A stretch of 64,000 bases of DNA, from the IMG/VR virus record IMGVR_UViG_3300000101_000005. One strand, given 5' to 3'. The translations under genes were made by a program, and so were the position numbers. The notes beneath the pieces are model-generated. The model was given only the letters and a program-made list of their open reading frames with translations, ran no database searches and was not told the DNA's origin. Position 1 is the stretch's first letter. The number at the start of each line of letters is the position of its first letter. This DNA comes from a virus. Taxonomy: Duplodnaviria > Caudoviricetes. This document shows, piece by piece, positions 16,341 through 26,459 of the stretch.

Positions 16341-17001
16341 TAAAATACTCCATTGGGCGTGTAGCGTTGTCTATTCCTTTTTGAAACAATCCGTCTATTT
16401 GTAATACTTCTTTGTTTGCACTTCTATGTTCAGTGATACAGTTAGTTAAACAAAAGCCCATATCGTTCATTAACTTTATCATTTCAATTCCTGTCGGAGC
16501 GCCTTCGTTGTAAGGTTTAATTGCAAGTTCTAGTATAACATACTTGGCTTTATCTAGCAATGATCTTCCACCTTCGATAACATCTTTTTCTGCACCTTGC
16601 ACATCAATTTTAATTAAATGAAAATGTTGTTCTGGCAACACATCATCTAATCTTCTTACAGGTACTTGCATAGATTGTAAATCTTTGCCTTGTATCTCTG
16701 GATAAAAACTTGCTCCTTTGCCTGCAGGTTTTCTTTCAGAATAATAAAAATCTAGTTCACCTTCTTCTTTACCAAGTGCAACAATTTGGTACTCGTTGAG
16801 ATGACCATTGGATTGCTTCTTGCCTAGTTTTGCTTCACAGTAAGGATTTGCTTCAATAGAATATATATGTGCGTTACCAAATATACTTCTCATCTCTGTT
16901 GCAAATTGACCTACGTTTGCACCTATATCTAAAATATGCGGCTGCGTATCTTTAGGCCAAACTACTAGTTCGTGAAGATTTTCAACAACCGGATGATCCA
17001 T
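16333..17001 (-). CDS. FkbM family methyltransferase
   Basis: LDIGANVGQF, SIEANP, IKIDVQGAE. Confidence 0.88.
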   Translation of the reverse strand: MDHPVVENLHELVVWPKDTQPHILDIGANVGQFATEMRSIFGNAHIYSIEANPYCEAKLGKKQSNGHLNEYQIVALGKEEGELDFYYSERKPAGKGASFYPEIQGKDLQSMQVPVRRLDDVLPEQHFHLIKIDVQGAEKDVIEGGRSLLDKAKYVILELAIKPYNEGAPTGIEMIKLMNDMGFCLTNCITEHRSANKEVLQIDGLFQKGIDNATRPMEYFNV

Positions 17002-17798
17002 TAATTTTCTCTCATTCCATTAAACACGGTCTTTTTTACTTTGCTGTTGTCCTCCGTGACAACATCTAACAAGCTAAAAGGAAGGTCTAATTTTTTAATT
17101 AACGATGCAAGAGCTTTTGTGTCTTTAGGTAAACACATGCCTCCATAGCCTCGTAGTTCAGGATAAACGTCTAAGTACATGTCAATTGCTTTTCCTGTCT
17201 TAATGTATGCATTCTTAATTGTATTATAATCACAGTCTAACTTCTCGCAAATTTCGTACATTACGTTAGCAAACGTTACCCTTACAGCAGCGTATACATT
17301 GTTATAGTATTTAAGTACTTCTGCTTCATTAGGCGTTAGGTGTACTACATTCTGTGGTAAATCTGCGTGACAGTCAACCATTTTTCTATGTACCCAAATA
17401 TCATGTGTACCTACTGCAAGTAGTTTATGATTGTTAAGGAAGTCATCTAATGCACAACGTTCACGTAAAAACTCTGGAACAAACGCAATTGTTAAGTTTT
17501 TATGTTTGTCAATCATGCTTTGTGTAAAGCCAGGTACTGCTGTACTTCTAATAGCAATAATACCTTTGTAATTAATTTCTGCAAGTTCATCTATTACACT
17601 TTCAATAATAGTTGTGTCGCAGTCTCCGTTATCCATGCTTGGTGTTGGCACACAAACAAATGTAATTTCTGTGTTAAAGACATCTGTAATTTGTGTATCA
17701 AGTGTAATGTCGTGTCCAACAATTTCATGCCCAATGCTTTCAAATCCTGCTTTGTTTGCTGATCCTACTGTACCAAGTCCAATGATTCCTAGTTTCAT
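17001..17798 (-). CDS. UDP-glucose/GDP-mannose 6-dehydrogenase family, lacking the C-terminal domain
   Basis: GLGTVG, CVPTP, PEFLRE, KYYNN, GYGGMCLPKD; only 265 aa. Confidence 0.88.
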   Translation of the reverse strand: MKLGIIGLGTVGSANKAGFESIGHEIVGHDITLDTQITDVFNTEITFVCVPTPSMDNGDCDTTIIESVIDELAEINYKGIIAIRSTAVPGFTQSMIDKHKNLTIAFVPEFLRERCALDDFLNNHKLLAVGTHDIWVHRKMVDCHADLPQNVVHLTPNEAEVLKYYNNVYAAVRVTFANVMYEICEKLDCDYNTIKNAYIKTGKAIDMYLDVYPELRGYGGMCLPKDTKALASLIKKLDLPFSLLDVVTEDNSKVKKTVFNGMREN

Positions 17799-18652
17799 AA
17801 TAATGACTCCACTGTATGTTTTAATCCTACCTTCAATGGTGTATAATTAAAGGTATCCGTTAATTTAAGTAATTTAGATGTGTCAGGACAACGCCTCTTT
17901 GCACTGCCTATTGGCCCTGGCATTATTTCAAGTTTATTAGGATCTACATCCATTATGTCCATAATAATTTTTGCTACATCTGAAATTTTATTTTCTTCTT
18001 GCCTGCCTACGTTTATAATTTCATTGCTATGCTTTTCTACTACTTCGTGTGTAAGTTTAACAGCGTCATCGATGTAACAAAAACTACGTGTATCATCGCC
18101 TTTGATATAGTACTCGCCTTTTGCAACACGCTCTACAAACTCACTAATAAAATGATCTTTCTGCCTAGGACCATAAATGTTAAAGTAACGTATTACTAAC
18201 CATTGTAGTCCTGAATTAGATACTAAATTTTCACCAAGTGCTTTAGGTATACTATAACTCCATCTTGGATTTAAAATGTCTTCGAAGTGTATAGGAACAT
18301 TTTCGTCTGTAGGAACAGGATATATTTCTTTATCAATCGCTCCGTTAAATATTTCACATGTGCTAGTAAACACAAACTTTGTGTCTGTTCCGAGGTATTG
18401 TTCAATTAAATTAAAAGTTGGAAGTGTATTATTAAACGCAACTTGTGTAGGAGTTTCGTAAAATAGCCTAGTTCCATTTGTTGCAGCCATATGTATCACT
18501 ATATCGCATGGTGGCATTTGTTTAACAATTTTAGAGTCACAAAGATTTTGACCAGACACTAAATCATATGCAACTACATCATTGCTGTCTTTAATATAGT
18601 CATAGTAGTGGCTTCCAATAAAGCCTTTATGTCCAGTCAATACTATCTTCAT
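17795..18652 (-). CDS. NAD-dependent nucleotide-sugar epimerase/dehydratase
   Basis: GHKGFIG, YSIPK (YxxxK), RYFNIYGP, RSFCYIDD. Confidence 0.9.
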   Translation of the reverse strand: MKIVLTGHKGFIGSHYYDYIKDSNDVVAYDLVSGQNLCDSKIVKQMPPCDIVIHMAATNGTRLFYETPTQVAFNNTLPTFNLIEQYLGTDTKFVFTSTCEIFNGAIDKEIYPVPTDENVPIHFEDILNPRWSYSIPKALGENLVSNSGLQWLVIRYFNIYGPRQKDHFISEFVERVAKGEYYIKGDDTRSFCYIDDAVKLTHEVVEKHSNEIINVGRQEENKISDVAKIIMDIMDVDPNKLEIMPGPIGSAKRRCPDTSKLLKLTDTFNYTPLKVGLKHTVESLL

Positions 18653-18731
18653 TTAATTGTTCCAGTAGCAAATCCTATTGACATAATCAATACCATTGCA
18701 AAGAACATGATTACGTTAAACGGAAGATGCT

Positions 18732-18959
18732 TCATTTAATTACACCAATTTTCCAATTTTCTGCACAAGATTCAGCATATGCTTCGCTATGTCCAGGTAA
18801 TTGTCTGCTCTCAATAAGTTTGCCGTTTTCAATCATATCGACAACGTAGACAGTTTCTTGTCTTACGACAGCACTACGATTAAACATTATCTCTTGTATA
18901 AATTGTTTATCGTGCTTTCTTTTAAGTCCGTTGATTCCTTTAGTTGCCACTTTACTCAC
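18732..18959 (-). CDS. hypothetical protein
   Basis: Coupled ORF. Confidence 0.6.
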   Translation of the reverse strand: MSKVATKGINGLKRKHDKQFIQEIMFNRSAVVRQETVYVVDMIENGKLIESRQLPGHSEAYAESCAENWKIGVIK

Positions 18960-19707
18960 CTTTTCCTTTCCTCATCCTTTTAATTGCTCGAGCCAACTGC
19001 TCGTCTCTCTTTAATTTACGATCACCTTTGTAATGTATAACATGATGTTCGAGTGCTGCGTTGAAATGATTTTTACCAAGCTCTGGAAAGCGTATACGTG
19101 CAATATCATAATTGTTTATCTTACCTTCTTTTTCCAGTCTTTCTCTTGCAGCATCAAATGCATGACAATCTAATTGTCCTGCGAGATCATATATTGTATC
19201 ATGTGTATAGTATTCTTTCCACACATCAAAGAACTCTTTTGCATATTTGTGATTTAAATCAAATGCAAGGAATCCTGTTTCTGTATAGTGTGGCCTTCCA
19301 AGATAACTTGTAAATAACCCTTCTGGCAAAAATCCTTTTAGATAGTCTTCAGTAATACTACTATAAATTTCAGCATCGCTATCAATCCAATACAATGTAT
19401 CTACTTCAGCATTATTTGCACAATGCCAAATACAATAACTCTTGTGACTAAATCTTACACCGTCATAGATAAACTTGCCTGGCACTCTATGTGCATTGCG
19501 TTGTTTAAACTCTGTAAGTTCTGGCACTGATGGTTCTAACTTTCTAATAACAAAGTTAGATGGTGGATTGTCAATTTCAGTGTTGTCTACATAGATGTAA
19601 ACAGTTATGTTAGGATCAACAAACCTTCTTACACTTTCTACAAAGTGTCTGCCATACTCGTGATAACCTTTATCACTAAATGTTGATACGATACCAAGTT
19701 TTTTCAT
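18952..19707 (-). CDS. putative nucleotide-diphospho-sugar transferase (GT-A-like)
   Basis: RFSHKSY...WIDSD (DxD); paralog of 24483-25295. Confidence 0.6.
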   Translation of the reverse strand: MKKLGIVSTFSDKGYHEYGRHFVESVRRFVDPNITVYIYVDNTEIDNPPSNFVIRKLEPSVPELTEFKQRNAHRVPGKFIYDGVRFSHKSYCIWHCANNAEVDTLYWIDSDAEIYSSITEDYLKGFLPEGLFTSYLGRPHYTETGFLAFDLNHKYAKEFFDVWKEYYTHDTIYDLAGQLDCHAFDAARERLEKEGKINNYDIARIRFPELGKNHFNAALEHHVIHYKGDRKLKRDEQLARAIKRMRKGKGE

Positions 19708-20063
19708 TACGTTTTAGTACCAACAGTTCTACGCACAATGTCGTCGTGGTTGAACTCTGCCCAGTATAGCTCAAATGCTACACCATCTTCAAGTCCTTCG
19801 AACTGATGGATCTTACCGGGCTTCACTTGCGTAAAGTCACCAGCTTCAAGAATAGTTTCGTCAACTAATCCTTTTTGTTCTCCGTCCTGCCAAACACGTA
19901 TTACCATCTTGCCTGACTCAACAAAGAAGCCATTCCATTTAAATTGATGTTCGTGTTCAGAACACTTAAAACCTTTATTATATTCAATACGGTGAAACTC
20001 TAGTACACCATTTGCGTGAACTAACTCTGTGTTACCCCAAATCTTTCCTGCTTTGATACCCAT
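19707..20063 (-). CDS. cupin (sugar isomerase-like)
   Basis: KIWG, CSEHEHQFK, PGKIHQFEG. Confidence 0.75.
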   Translation of the reverse strand: MGIKAGKIWGNTELVHANGVLEFHRIEYNKGFKCSEHEHQFKWNGFFVESGKMVIRVWQDGEQKGLVDETILEAGDFTQVKPGKIHQFEGLEDGVAFELYWAEFNHDDIVRRTVGTKT

Positions 20064-20101
20064 TTTATACTCCTAGATATTTTAATATGTACACTTAATT
20101 A

Positions 20102-20611
20102 TCATAGTAAGATGGACAATTCAACTTGTTCTGACTGTCTACTAATTTCTTTAACAAAGTAAACGCATGGAGGGTTTACATCATCGTGTAATGGTACTGA
20201 CAATAATTGTCCATTTTTCATCTTTGGAAAATACCATCTTACGTCTTGGTATATGTTTACTATCTCTACTGGTTGAAAGTCGGATCTATAACCTTTAATT
20301 GGGTTCATACAAAACGCTTCGAAGCCTCTTTCGTTAATACTTGTTAGTGGTAACACCTCTGGATCTGTAGCACAATCACTATCTCCAATTAGCATACACC
20401 AATCTAAAGGCATTTGGATTTCGTATCCTCCGATATTCATTAGTATTGCTGGGCTGTTAAAACTTTCTAAAAATATTAAAGGCATAAAGAAGAAGTCAGG
20501 ATTTGAAGGATCACTGTTATCTAGTACACTAAATCTAGCGTCTTCCTCTACTTCTTCTGGCAGTTCATTTAAATTGAACGCCTTGTTATCTAATGTTAAA
20601 ATTCTACTCAT
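20102..20611 (-). CDS. hypothetical phage protein
   Basis: ORF with its own promoter, next to UvsW. Confidence 0.75.
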   Translation of the reverse strand: MSRILTLDNKAFNLNELPEEVEEDARFSVLDNSDPSNPDFFFMPLIFLESFNSPAILMNIGGYEIQMPLDWCMLIGDSDCATDPEVLPLTSINERGFEAFCMNPIKGYRSDFQPVEIVNIYQDVRWYFPKMKNGQLLSVPLHDDVNPPCVYFVKEISRQSEQVELSILL

Positions 20612-20637
20612 TCATTTTTCCTTATTTGTATTGACGT

Positions 20638-20666
20638 ATTATAGCATGGTTAGTTCCTGAAGTCAA
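20638..20666 (-). promoter_or_regulatory. sigma70-type promoter
   Basis: TTGACT-17 bp-TATAAT with extended -10 TG. Confidence 0.85.
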
Positions 20667-20971
20667 GAACTTAACTTTTCTTTCCTTTTTGTAATACTTT
20701 CAACTTTGCTTCTAGTTTATCTATAATCTTACGGCTAACTTTTTCAGCTTCGCACACTCTTATACTTTCTTCTAACTGTTTTATTTCTTCGTCTATCATG
20801 GTCCATCCATCCATATCTGTATTAACCAAAAAGATATCATCATAAATCCAAGTGCTGCCACTTGTACTGCTGATGCTATAGCAACAAAATGAAGAGCTCT
20901 TTCAGCCCACCATGTTCTGTCACCTTCTTGCCATTCTTTTTGTTCTTGCTCTGTTGCTTCTTTATATTCTA

Positions 20972-22423
20972 TCATGTATCTATTTTTGTTATTTGGAAAG
21001 GATATTTTGCTTCTCTGTAAAACTTCTTACGTTCTGTTAAGTGACGTTTTGCATATTTACAAGTTGAAGTTATATCCCATATTTGTACGAAATCTTTATC
21101 TTCTGCTTTACGTATTCCCCTACCAATGCTTTGTATTACCCTAACAAAACTTTTACCAGGTTCAATAAGCACCAAGTTAAATATCCTAGGGATATTAATC
21201 CCGACAGCAGCCACACCATATGTAGCAATGATAACTTTTCCATCCGACGTTTTAATTTCGTCATACTCTTCCTTCCTATCTGCAAGTTTCATTTCGCCGG
21301 CAACAAAAACTGCTTCAGGTATTTGTTCCATTATCTTTTTACCTGTGTCGATTCTGTTTACTAGTACCAACGTATTACCGGTTAGTGAAAATTCTTTCAC
21401 TTTAGAAGATATCCACGATATTCTATCAGGATCTGTTACTAACCAAGTATACTCTTCTTGGTAATTTCTAAATTCTTCAATGTTTTTTGTTTGTAAAATC
21501 TGTATGTCTAATTTTGCAAGTACATCTTTTTGTTGTAAGTCGTGTGCAGTAACCTGATTAATGACTGGTCCAATACCTGCAAGTATCCCTTGAAATTCCC
21601 ATGCTTGTTTAGGCACAGTACCTGTTAGTCCCCAACGTATAGGAGAATTTTTTAAATTTATTGTTAATAGTTTTTTAAGTACATCTGCTTTTGCTTGATG
21701 CACTTCGTCGATGATAACAGCATTAACACCTTCTAAAAATTCTGCAAGTGTAAGAGCATCGTCATACTTGCCTTTCTTATCTAATACATTAAGACTTTGC
21801 CATGTGCATACAGTATGTGTTTTTCCTAGCTCTTTTCTGTCACCGAAGTATACACCTACATCAAGTCCTAAGTTAACGTAATCTTCTTCTGTTTGTACAA
21901 CAAGACTCTTATTAGGTACAATTACAATTGTACGCCCATACGGTTCACACAAGTGACTTAGTGTTGCAGTTGTAATTGTTTTACCTGCACCAGTTGCTAC
22001 TTCTTGTAAACTTTGTGGATTATCTAAAAATTTATTTACAACGTCATATTGATAGTCTCGTAGTACAATTGGTTGTCCTGCAAGTTGATGTCCTTCAGGC
22101 CAAACTTTTCCTTTGTCAGCCCAATAGTTTTCTGTAATTTTTTCAAACTTTAATTCAGCGGCTTGACGATTATCAATAACTTCTATTTCATAACCTGAGT
22201 CAGTAATGACAGGCAAGATTACATCTAAGTGTGCAAGATACCCTGAACCACCAATACCAAAGAAACTAACAGTTCCGTCCCACCTACCTAATTTATATGC
22301 TGGCATGTGCCTTGCATAAGGTAAATCGTACTTTAACTTATTACAAATCTTTCGACGTGTTGCAACATCAAGTCCTTCACACTTAATGTTTACTTCGTCT
22401 TTAATAATCAGTTTACAGTTCAA
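20972..22423 (-). CDS. uvsW: UvsW-like SF2 DNA helicase
   Basis: ATGAGKT, DEVH, GLTGT, QSIGRGIR. Confidence 0.92.
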   Translation of the reverse strand: MNCKLIIKDEVNIKCEGLDVATRRKICNKLKYDLPYARHMPAYKLGRWDGTVSFFGIGGSGYLAHLDVILPVITDSGYEIEVIDNRQAAELKFEKITENYWADKGKVWPEGHQLAGQPIVLRDYQYDVVNKFLDNPQSLQEVATGAGKTITTATLSHLCEPYGRTIVIVPNKSLVVQTEEDYVNLGLDVGVYFGDRKELGKTHTVCTWQSLNVLDKKGKYDDALTLAEFLEGVNAVIIDEVHQAKADVLKKLLTINLKNSPIRWGLTGTVPKQAWEFQGILAGIGPVINQVTAHDLQQKDVLAKLDIQILQTKNIEEFRNYQEEYTWLVTDPDRISWISSKVKEFSLTGNTLVLVNRIDTGKKIMEQIPEAVFVAGEMKLADRKEEYDEIKTSDGKVIIATYGVAAVGINIPRIFNLVLIEPGKSFVRVIQSIGRGIRKAEDKDFVQIWDITSTCKYAKRHLTERKKFYREAKYPFQITKIDT

Positions 22424-23600
22424 TCAATTCCTCCTGGACTGTTGGTGCTATATCACCAACGTATACAACACACGGATGATTCTTTAGCAAATGTCTTATC
22501 ATAGTTTGCCCTCCGGCAAATAAATTATTACTTGCTAGTATTGTAACATCTTTTTCTTCTTTGAACAACCACTTTGCAGGTTTTTGATTAAAAATTAAGA
22601 ATTTAGCACCATCTATTTTTCCTCCAAAGCCATTATCTCTAACCCAATCGTTAAAACTTCCATCGTCATGCTTATTGGCTCTAAAGCATACTCTAAAATC
22701 ATTCCTATCAAAACCGCAATTATCTATAGTTTCGCTTAATGTATATAACCAACTATTTACATCGCTAGTACGATCAAGGATAACTGCTATCCTACCATTA
22801 ACTGTATAGCTTAGTCTTAGAAAGTCTGCAACATCTTTTATCCAAAACTGATTGGTTTGTGAACTTGCAATCTTTTTAGTCCATTGGTTATACTTTTTAG
22901 TTTTACCAGTAAACACATGACCCATGCTTTTTGCTAAAACTAGATCAGAATCAACGTTACTTGTTTTGTTTTTTCTAAAATACACTTCAGCACTAGGACT
23001 AGCATTATTAAGCTCAACAGTACCTTCTGTAACTTTACTAGTTTTACTGTACTCTTTTTCGTCCCAGTAAATTTCTTCAACCCTTTCAATAATATCTTCA
23101 AATTCGTGGTCAAACTCAAAGTCGTTAACTTTTAAAAACTCCTTGAGTAATACAAGATTGTAATCATATAACGAAAGTGTTCTAACCTTTCTTTCTGTAT
23201 CCCAACGGTTTTCACTGTCTCTATTATATCGTATTTCTTTAATAAAATCATCAAAGTCTGTCTTAAAATGGAAAGGAAATTTTAGTACAATTCTTTGTGT
23301 TTTGTCAACCTCTTCAACCCAAACTTTCTTACTATTGTCAATAACACGAAACTTTCTTTTCCATTGAGGCATTTCCATATGGTTACCGTAATCAATTTCA
23401 TCTGAAACTACCTTACGATATTTAAACAGTATTTTTAGCACGTACTGGGCTTGTTTTTCTGTAAAATGCTTACCTTGCATAATAGAGTCATAAAAGCTGT
23501 GTGCAGCGGAGCGGTCTTGGTATTGCATAGAGTAAAACTTACTCTCAAGCGTGTCCAAGAAATCTATGAATAGATCTTCTGTAAAAGTGTGATGTCTCAT
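22413..23600 (-). CDS. hypothetical protein, 395 aa
   Basis: Long ORF upstream of uvsW. Confidence 0.75.
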   Translation of the reverse strand: MRHHTFTEDLFIDFLDTLESKFYSMQYQDRSAAHSFYDSIMQGKHFTEKQAQYVLKILFKYRKVVSDEIDYGNHMEMPQWKRKFRVIDNSKKVWVEEVDKTQRIVLKFPFHFKTDFDDFIKEIRYNRDSENRWDTERKVRTLSLYDYNLVLLKEFLKVNDFEFDHEFEDIIERVEEIYWDEKEYSKTSKVTEGTVELNNASPSAEVYFRKNKTSNVDSDLVLAKSMGHVFTGKTKKYNQWTKKIASSQTNQFWIKDVADFLRLSYTVNGRIAVILDRTSDVNSWLYTLSETIDNCGFDRNDFRVCFRANKHDDGSFNDWVRDNGFGGKIDGAKFLIFNQKPAKWLFKEEKDVTILASNNLFAGGQTMIRHLLKNHPCVVYVGDIAPTVQEELIEL

Positions 23601-23606
23601 ACTACT

Positions 23607-23635
23607 ATTATATAATAGAATGCCGCAAAGATCAA
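23607..23635 (-). promoter_or_regulatory. sigma70-type promoter, 6 nt before ATG
   Basis: TTGATC-17 bp-TATAAT-AGTAGT-ATG(23600). Confidence 0.7.
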
Positions 23636-24483
23636 GAGTTAATTTGCGTTTTTAGATAATTTTCTAATCTTTTTAGTGGTAGCCCTTGTTCTATTTCTTC
23701 TACTGTAAATTCAGTCCATGCATAATCATTTAGCCACTGTTCTCTGTCATGCAAAATAGGATCTTCAATAGTAGATAGACTAGACATACTAACATCGTAT
23801 GCTAAACTTGAAGGACCTGTATACGCCGGTATACCATTTATGACGCTGTGAATACCTGGATTGCTTGACCAACTTATAGTTGCCCATGCATCTTCAAATG
23901 ACATGTCGAAATCGTCATACGTACCAGACACATGCACAGGGTGCTGTCTAATAACGTTGGGTAAGTATGCTTCAATTGAGTCTAGTTGGCATCTAGGATG
24001 CGGCCTAAACACAATCACTCTATCTGAATACTTTCTAATTTCAGTTACAGTGTCTGTTACCCACGAGCTCATTGGCGGCATGCCTTTCCATTGCAAACTT
24101 TTATCATGTTGTCCACATAATAAAATATGATTGCCTTCTTTACGCCACGGTTTTAGAAATAGCCCAAGAGCATTGCTACGACTATTATCATTATTATTAT
24201 CCCCAAAATAAGCGTCCCGATTAATTCCATTCACTCCTACCTTCCATGTGGTTCCTCTTTTGATTCCACCGACCTCAAGTACGATGGTGGGTTTGGATTG
24301 ATCCCAGACACTTTGATTAGGCGCCATTCTACCATTAAACAATACGCTCCATATAACATTAATGTCGCTATCAGTATCGGAATCAGTAATAGTGTGCCCG
24401 CAAGATATAACGCTACGTTCAAAAGCAGCAAAAATAGGTTTAGAGTTAAGTGCGCCATATTGCTTCCACAGTTTGAATTTCAT
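23632..24483 (-). CDS. KpsS/KpsC-like (GT-B) capsule-synthesis-type protein
   Basis: VFRPHPR and SWSSNPGIHSVINGIP. Confidence 0.6.
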   Translation of the reverse strand: MKFKLWKQYGALNSKPIFAAFERSVISCGHTITDSDTDSDINVIWSVLFNGRMAPNQSVWDQSKPTIVLEVGGIKRGTTWKVGVNGINRDAYFGDNNNDNSRSNALGLFLKPWRKEGNHILLCGQHDKSLQWKGMPPMSSWVTDTVTEIRKYSDRVIVFRPHPRCQLDSIEAYLPNVIRQHPVHVSGTYDDFDMSFEDAWATISWSSNPGIHSVINGIPAYTGPSSLAYDVSMSSLSTIEDPILHDREQWLNDYAWTEFTVEEIEQGLPLKRLENYLKTQINS

Positions 24484-25295
24484 TATTGGTTCCAGTATGG
24501 TTCCGTTCTTGGTACAAGTAGATCTGTACGTTTGCTTTTTCCAAGGGCTTTACGTCCTCCTTTAAGATGATCAAGATATGCTCCCCACATTGAGTTAATC
24601 AGCGGATGGCCTTCACCAGTAACAAGTCCTGCTGCCCAATCCCATTCGTGCATTTTAACTCTTTGACGTACAACGTCAAACACAAAACTGTCATGCCACT
24701 CTGCCATCTGAAAAATGCCTTCATTTTCTGCTTCATCGTAAACACGTTGAAACTCTCTCATGAATCTTTTGGTTTGCTTGTTACCTAGTGTAAGTGAATA
24801 AAGTCCACATTCACTAAACTTACCTTTTCTACCAAGAAAACACACATCAAAGTTAGGTGGGGTTAATTCATTTAGTCTTTGGTACGTAATTGGGCTGTGA
24901 CAGAAGGTATCTGCATCCATCCACATTAGTCTTTGTGTATCACATACTCTTGCACAATGAAAAATACTGTAAACTTTGTGTGCAAAGCGAATTGCGTCCC
25001 ATTTAAATCCTTTACCTGAGTCTCTTCTTCTACTTCTTATAGGATCTCCACTAACATCACCATTTGCCTTAGGTACATCTTTCCATGTATTCTTAAATGC
25101 TACAAGATCTGGTACTGACGAATGTAAGTCATATAATACAACTCTATTATGGTCCTTAATTCGCGGATTACAGTCTTCTGCATATACATGTAGCTTCACT
25201 TCTTCTGGCCAATTATCGATAAAACTGTCGATCATGCGTTGTCCGTACTGTTGTAAGCCTTTTGCGTGGAATGTTGTTACTACACTAATTGTCAT
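24483..25295 (-). CDS. putative nucleotide-diphospho-sugar transferase (GT-A-like)
   Basis: RFAHKVY...WMDAD, EWHDSFVFD; start reassigned to MTISV. Confidence 0.6.
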   Translation of the reverse strand: MTISVVTTFHAKGLQQYGQRMIDSFIDNWPEEVKLHVYAEDCNPRIKDHNRVVLYDLHSSVPDLVAFKNTWKDVPKANGDVSGDPIRSRRRDSGKGFKWDAIRFAHKVYSIFHCARVCDTQRLMWMDADTFCHSPITYQRLNELTPPNFDVCFLGRKGKFSECGLYSLTLGNKQTKRFMREFQRVYDEAENEGIFQMAEWHDSFVFDVVRQRVKMHEWDWAAGLVTGEGHPLINSMWGAYLDHLKGGRKALGKSKRTDLLVPRTEPYWNQ

Positions 25296-25711
25296 TGGAA
25301 AAAATCTCCGTCTTTTTTGCAGGTCCAAACATGAAAAGTGCCAGCTTGAGCAATTGCATTGTACTTGTGTCTGTAAAGATTGGCACTTTGCACTCTATCT
25401 ATCACTTCTTCATCTTCGATGAAAATATCCGGTCCCGGATTCGTTAATATTGGCCCCATATGGTCCAAAACTTTTAGTAAATTTCTATCTATAAAGACTG
25501 TTGTTATACTTTGAACAAAACAATCCTTTAATTTTGACTTATAAACAGCATTTGGGCGTCTTACTCTTTGCGCACCTTTGTCATATACAAAAACAGTGTC
25601 AAATAAATCAAATAATTCGTCAAACACACCGAGACCTTGCCCAATTACCAAACAGTCAACAAAAGGCTTCTTCACTGCGCTCTTTAAAATTCTTTTTGTT
25701 GCCTTTGACAC
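25292..25711 (-). CDS. hypothetical protein
   Basis: GTG-start ORF coupled within the operon. Confidence 0.6.
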   Translation of the reverse strand: MSKATKRILKSAVKKPFVDCLVIGQGLGVFDELFDLFDTVFVYDKGAQRVRRPNAVYKSKLKDCFVQSITTVFIDRNLLKVLDHMGPILTNPGPDIFIEDEEVIDRVQSANLYRHKYNAIAQAGTFHVWTCKKDGDFFQ

Positions 25712-25712
25712 G

Positions 25713-26459
25713 TTATCTTCCTTGTTGTAAAGGTATTACCTTGCCACTTTTACCACTAAATTTTGCATATGGTCCGTCACCTAAGTATCTACCCATATGA
25801 TTTTTAGCAGGAGCCATAAATCCTGTCTTCGGAGCCATAATCATAACTCTCTTTGACTTCATGTACACTTGGTCGTAGTTTCTTTCTAAGAAAAAATTAA
25901 CTGCTGTGTCTACATCATTATTAATCTCAAAACATACCCAAGGATTTTGTTCTTCGATGACCTTTTCCATACCAACTATTGCAGGAAGTTCATAACCTTG
26001 TACATCAATTTTAATTAATGAAATATTTTTAAGATTTTCGTCATCTAATCTTTTTACTTGTACAGTATAGAAGTTAGGTGACTCCCACATTGCAATTTTG
26101 CTATCGCCGCAGTTCTTAATACCGTCATGAAACTGCACAACTACTTCTTTGTCCCCAAGTGCTGTTGGTCTAATCTCAACATTTGCAGCAGTTCCTAAAT
26201 TCTTTATTAAACACTCATGCACTCTTGTGCTAGGCTCATAAGATACAACCTTGTTAAAGTGTTTTTTCATATCCATTGACCAAACACCTACATTTGCTCC
26301 TACATCTACAAATGTATTTTTCAAAGGTATAGTATCGATGATCCTATCTCTAATCTTTCGTTCATAGTTAGGATTAGACATGTCAGTATCTTCTTGAATA
26401 TGTCTTGTCATCTTAACTTCATTGTCCGGCATGTACCATCCGTTGTCTAACTGTATCAT
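25713..26459 (-). CDS. FkbM family methyltransferase
   Basis: VDVGANVG, SYEPS, IKIDVQGYE. Confidence 0.88.
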   Translation of the reverse strand: MIQLDNGWYMPDNEVKMTRHIQEDTDMSNPNYERKIRDRIIDTIPLKNTFVDVGANVGVWSMDMKKHFNKVVSYEPSTRVHECLIKNLGTAANVEIRPTALGDKEVVVQFHDGIKNCGDSKIAMWESPNFYTVQVKRLDDENLKNISLIKIDVQGYELPAIVGMEKVIEEQNPWVCFEINNDVDTAVNFFLERNYDQVYMKSKRVMIMAPKTGFMAPAKNHMGRYLGDGPYAKFSGKSGKVIPLQQGR

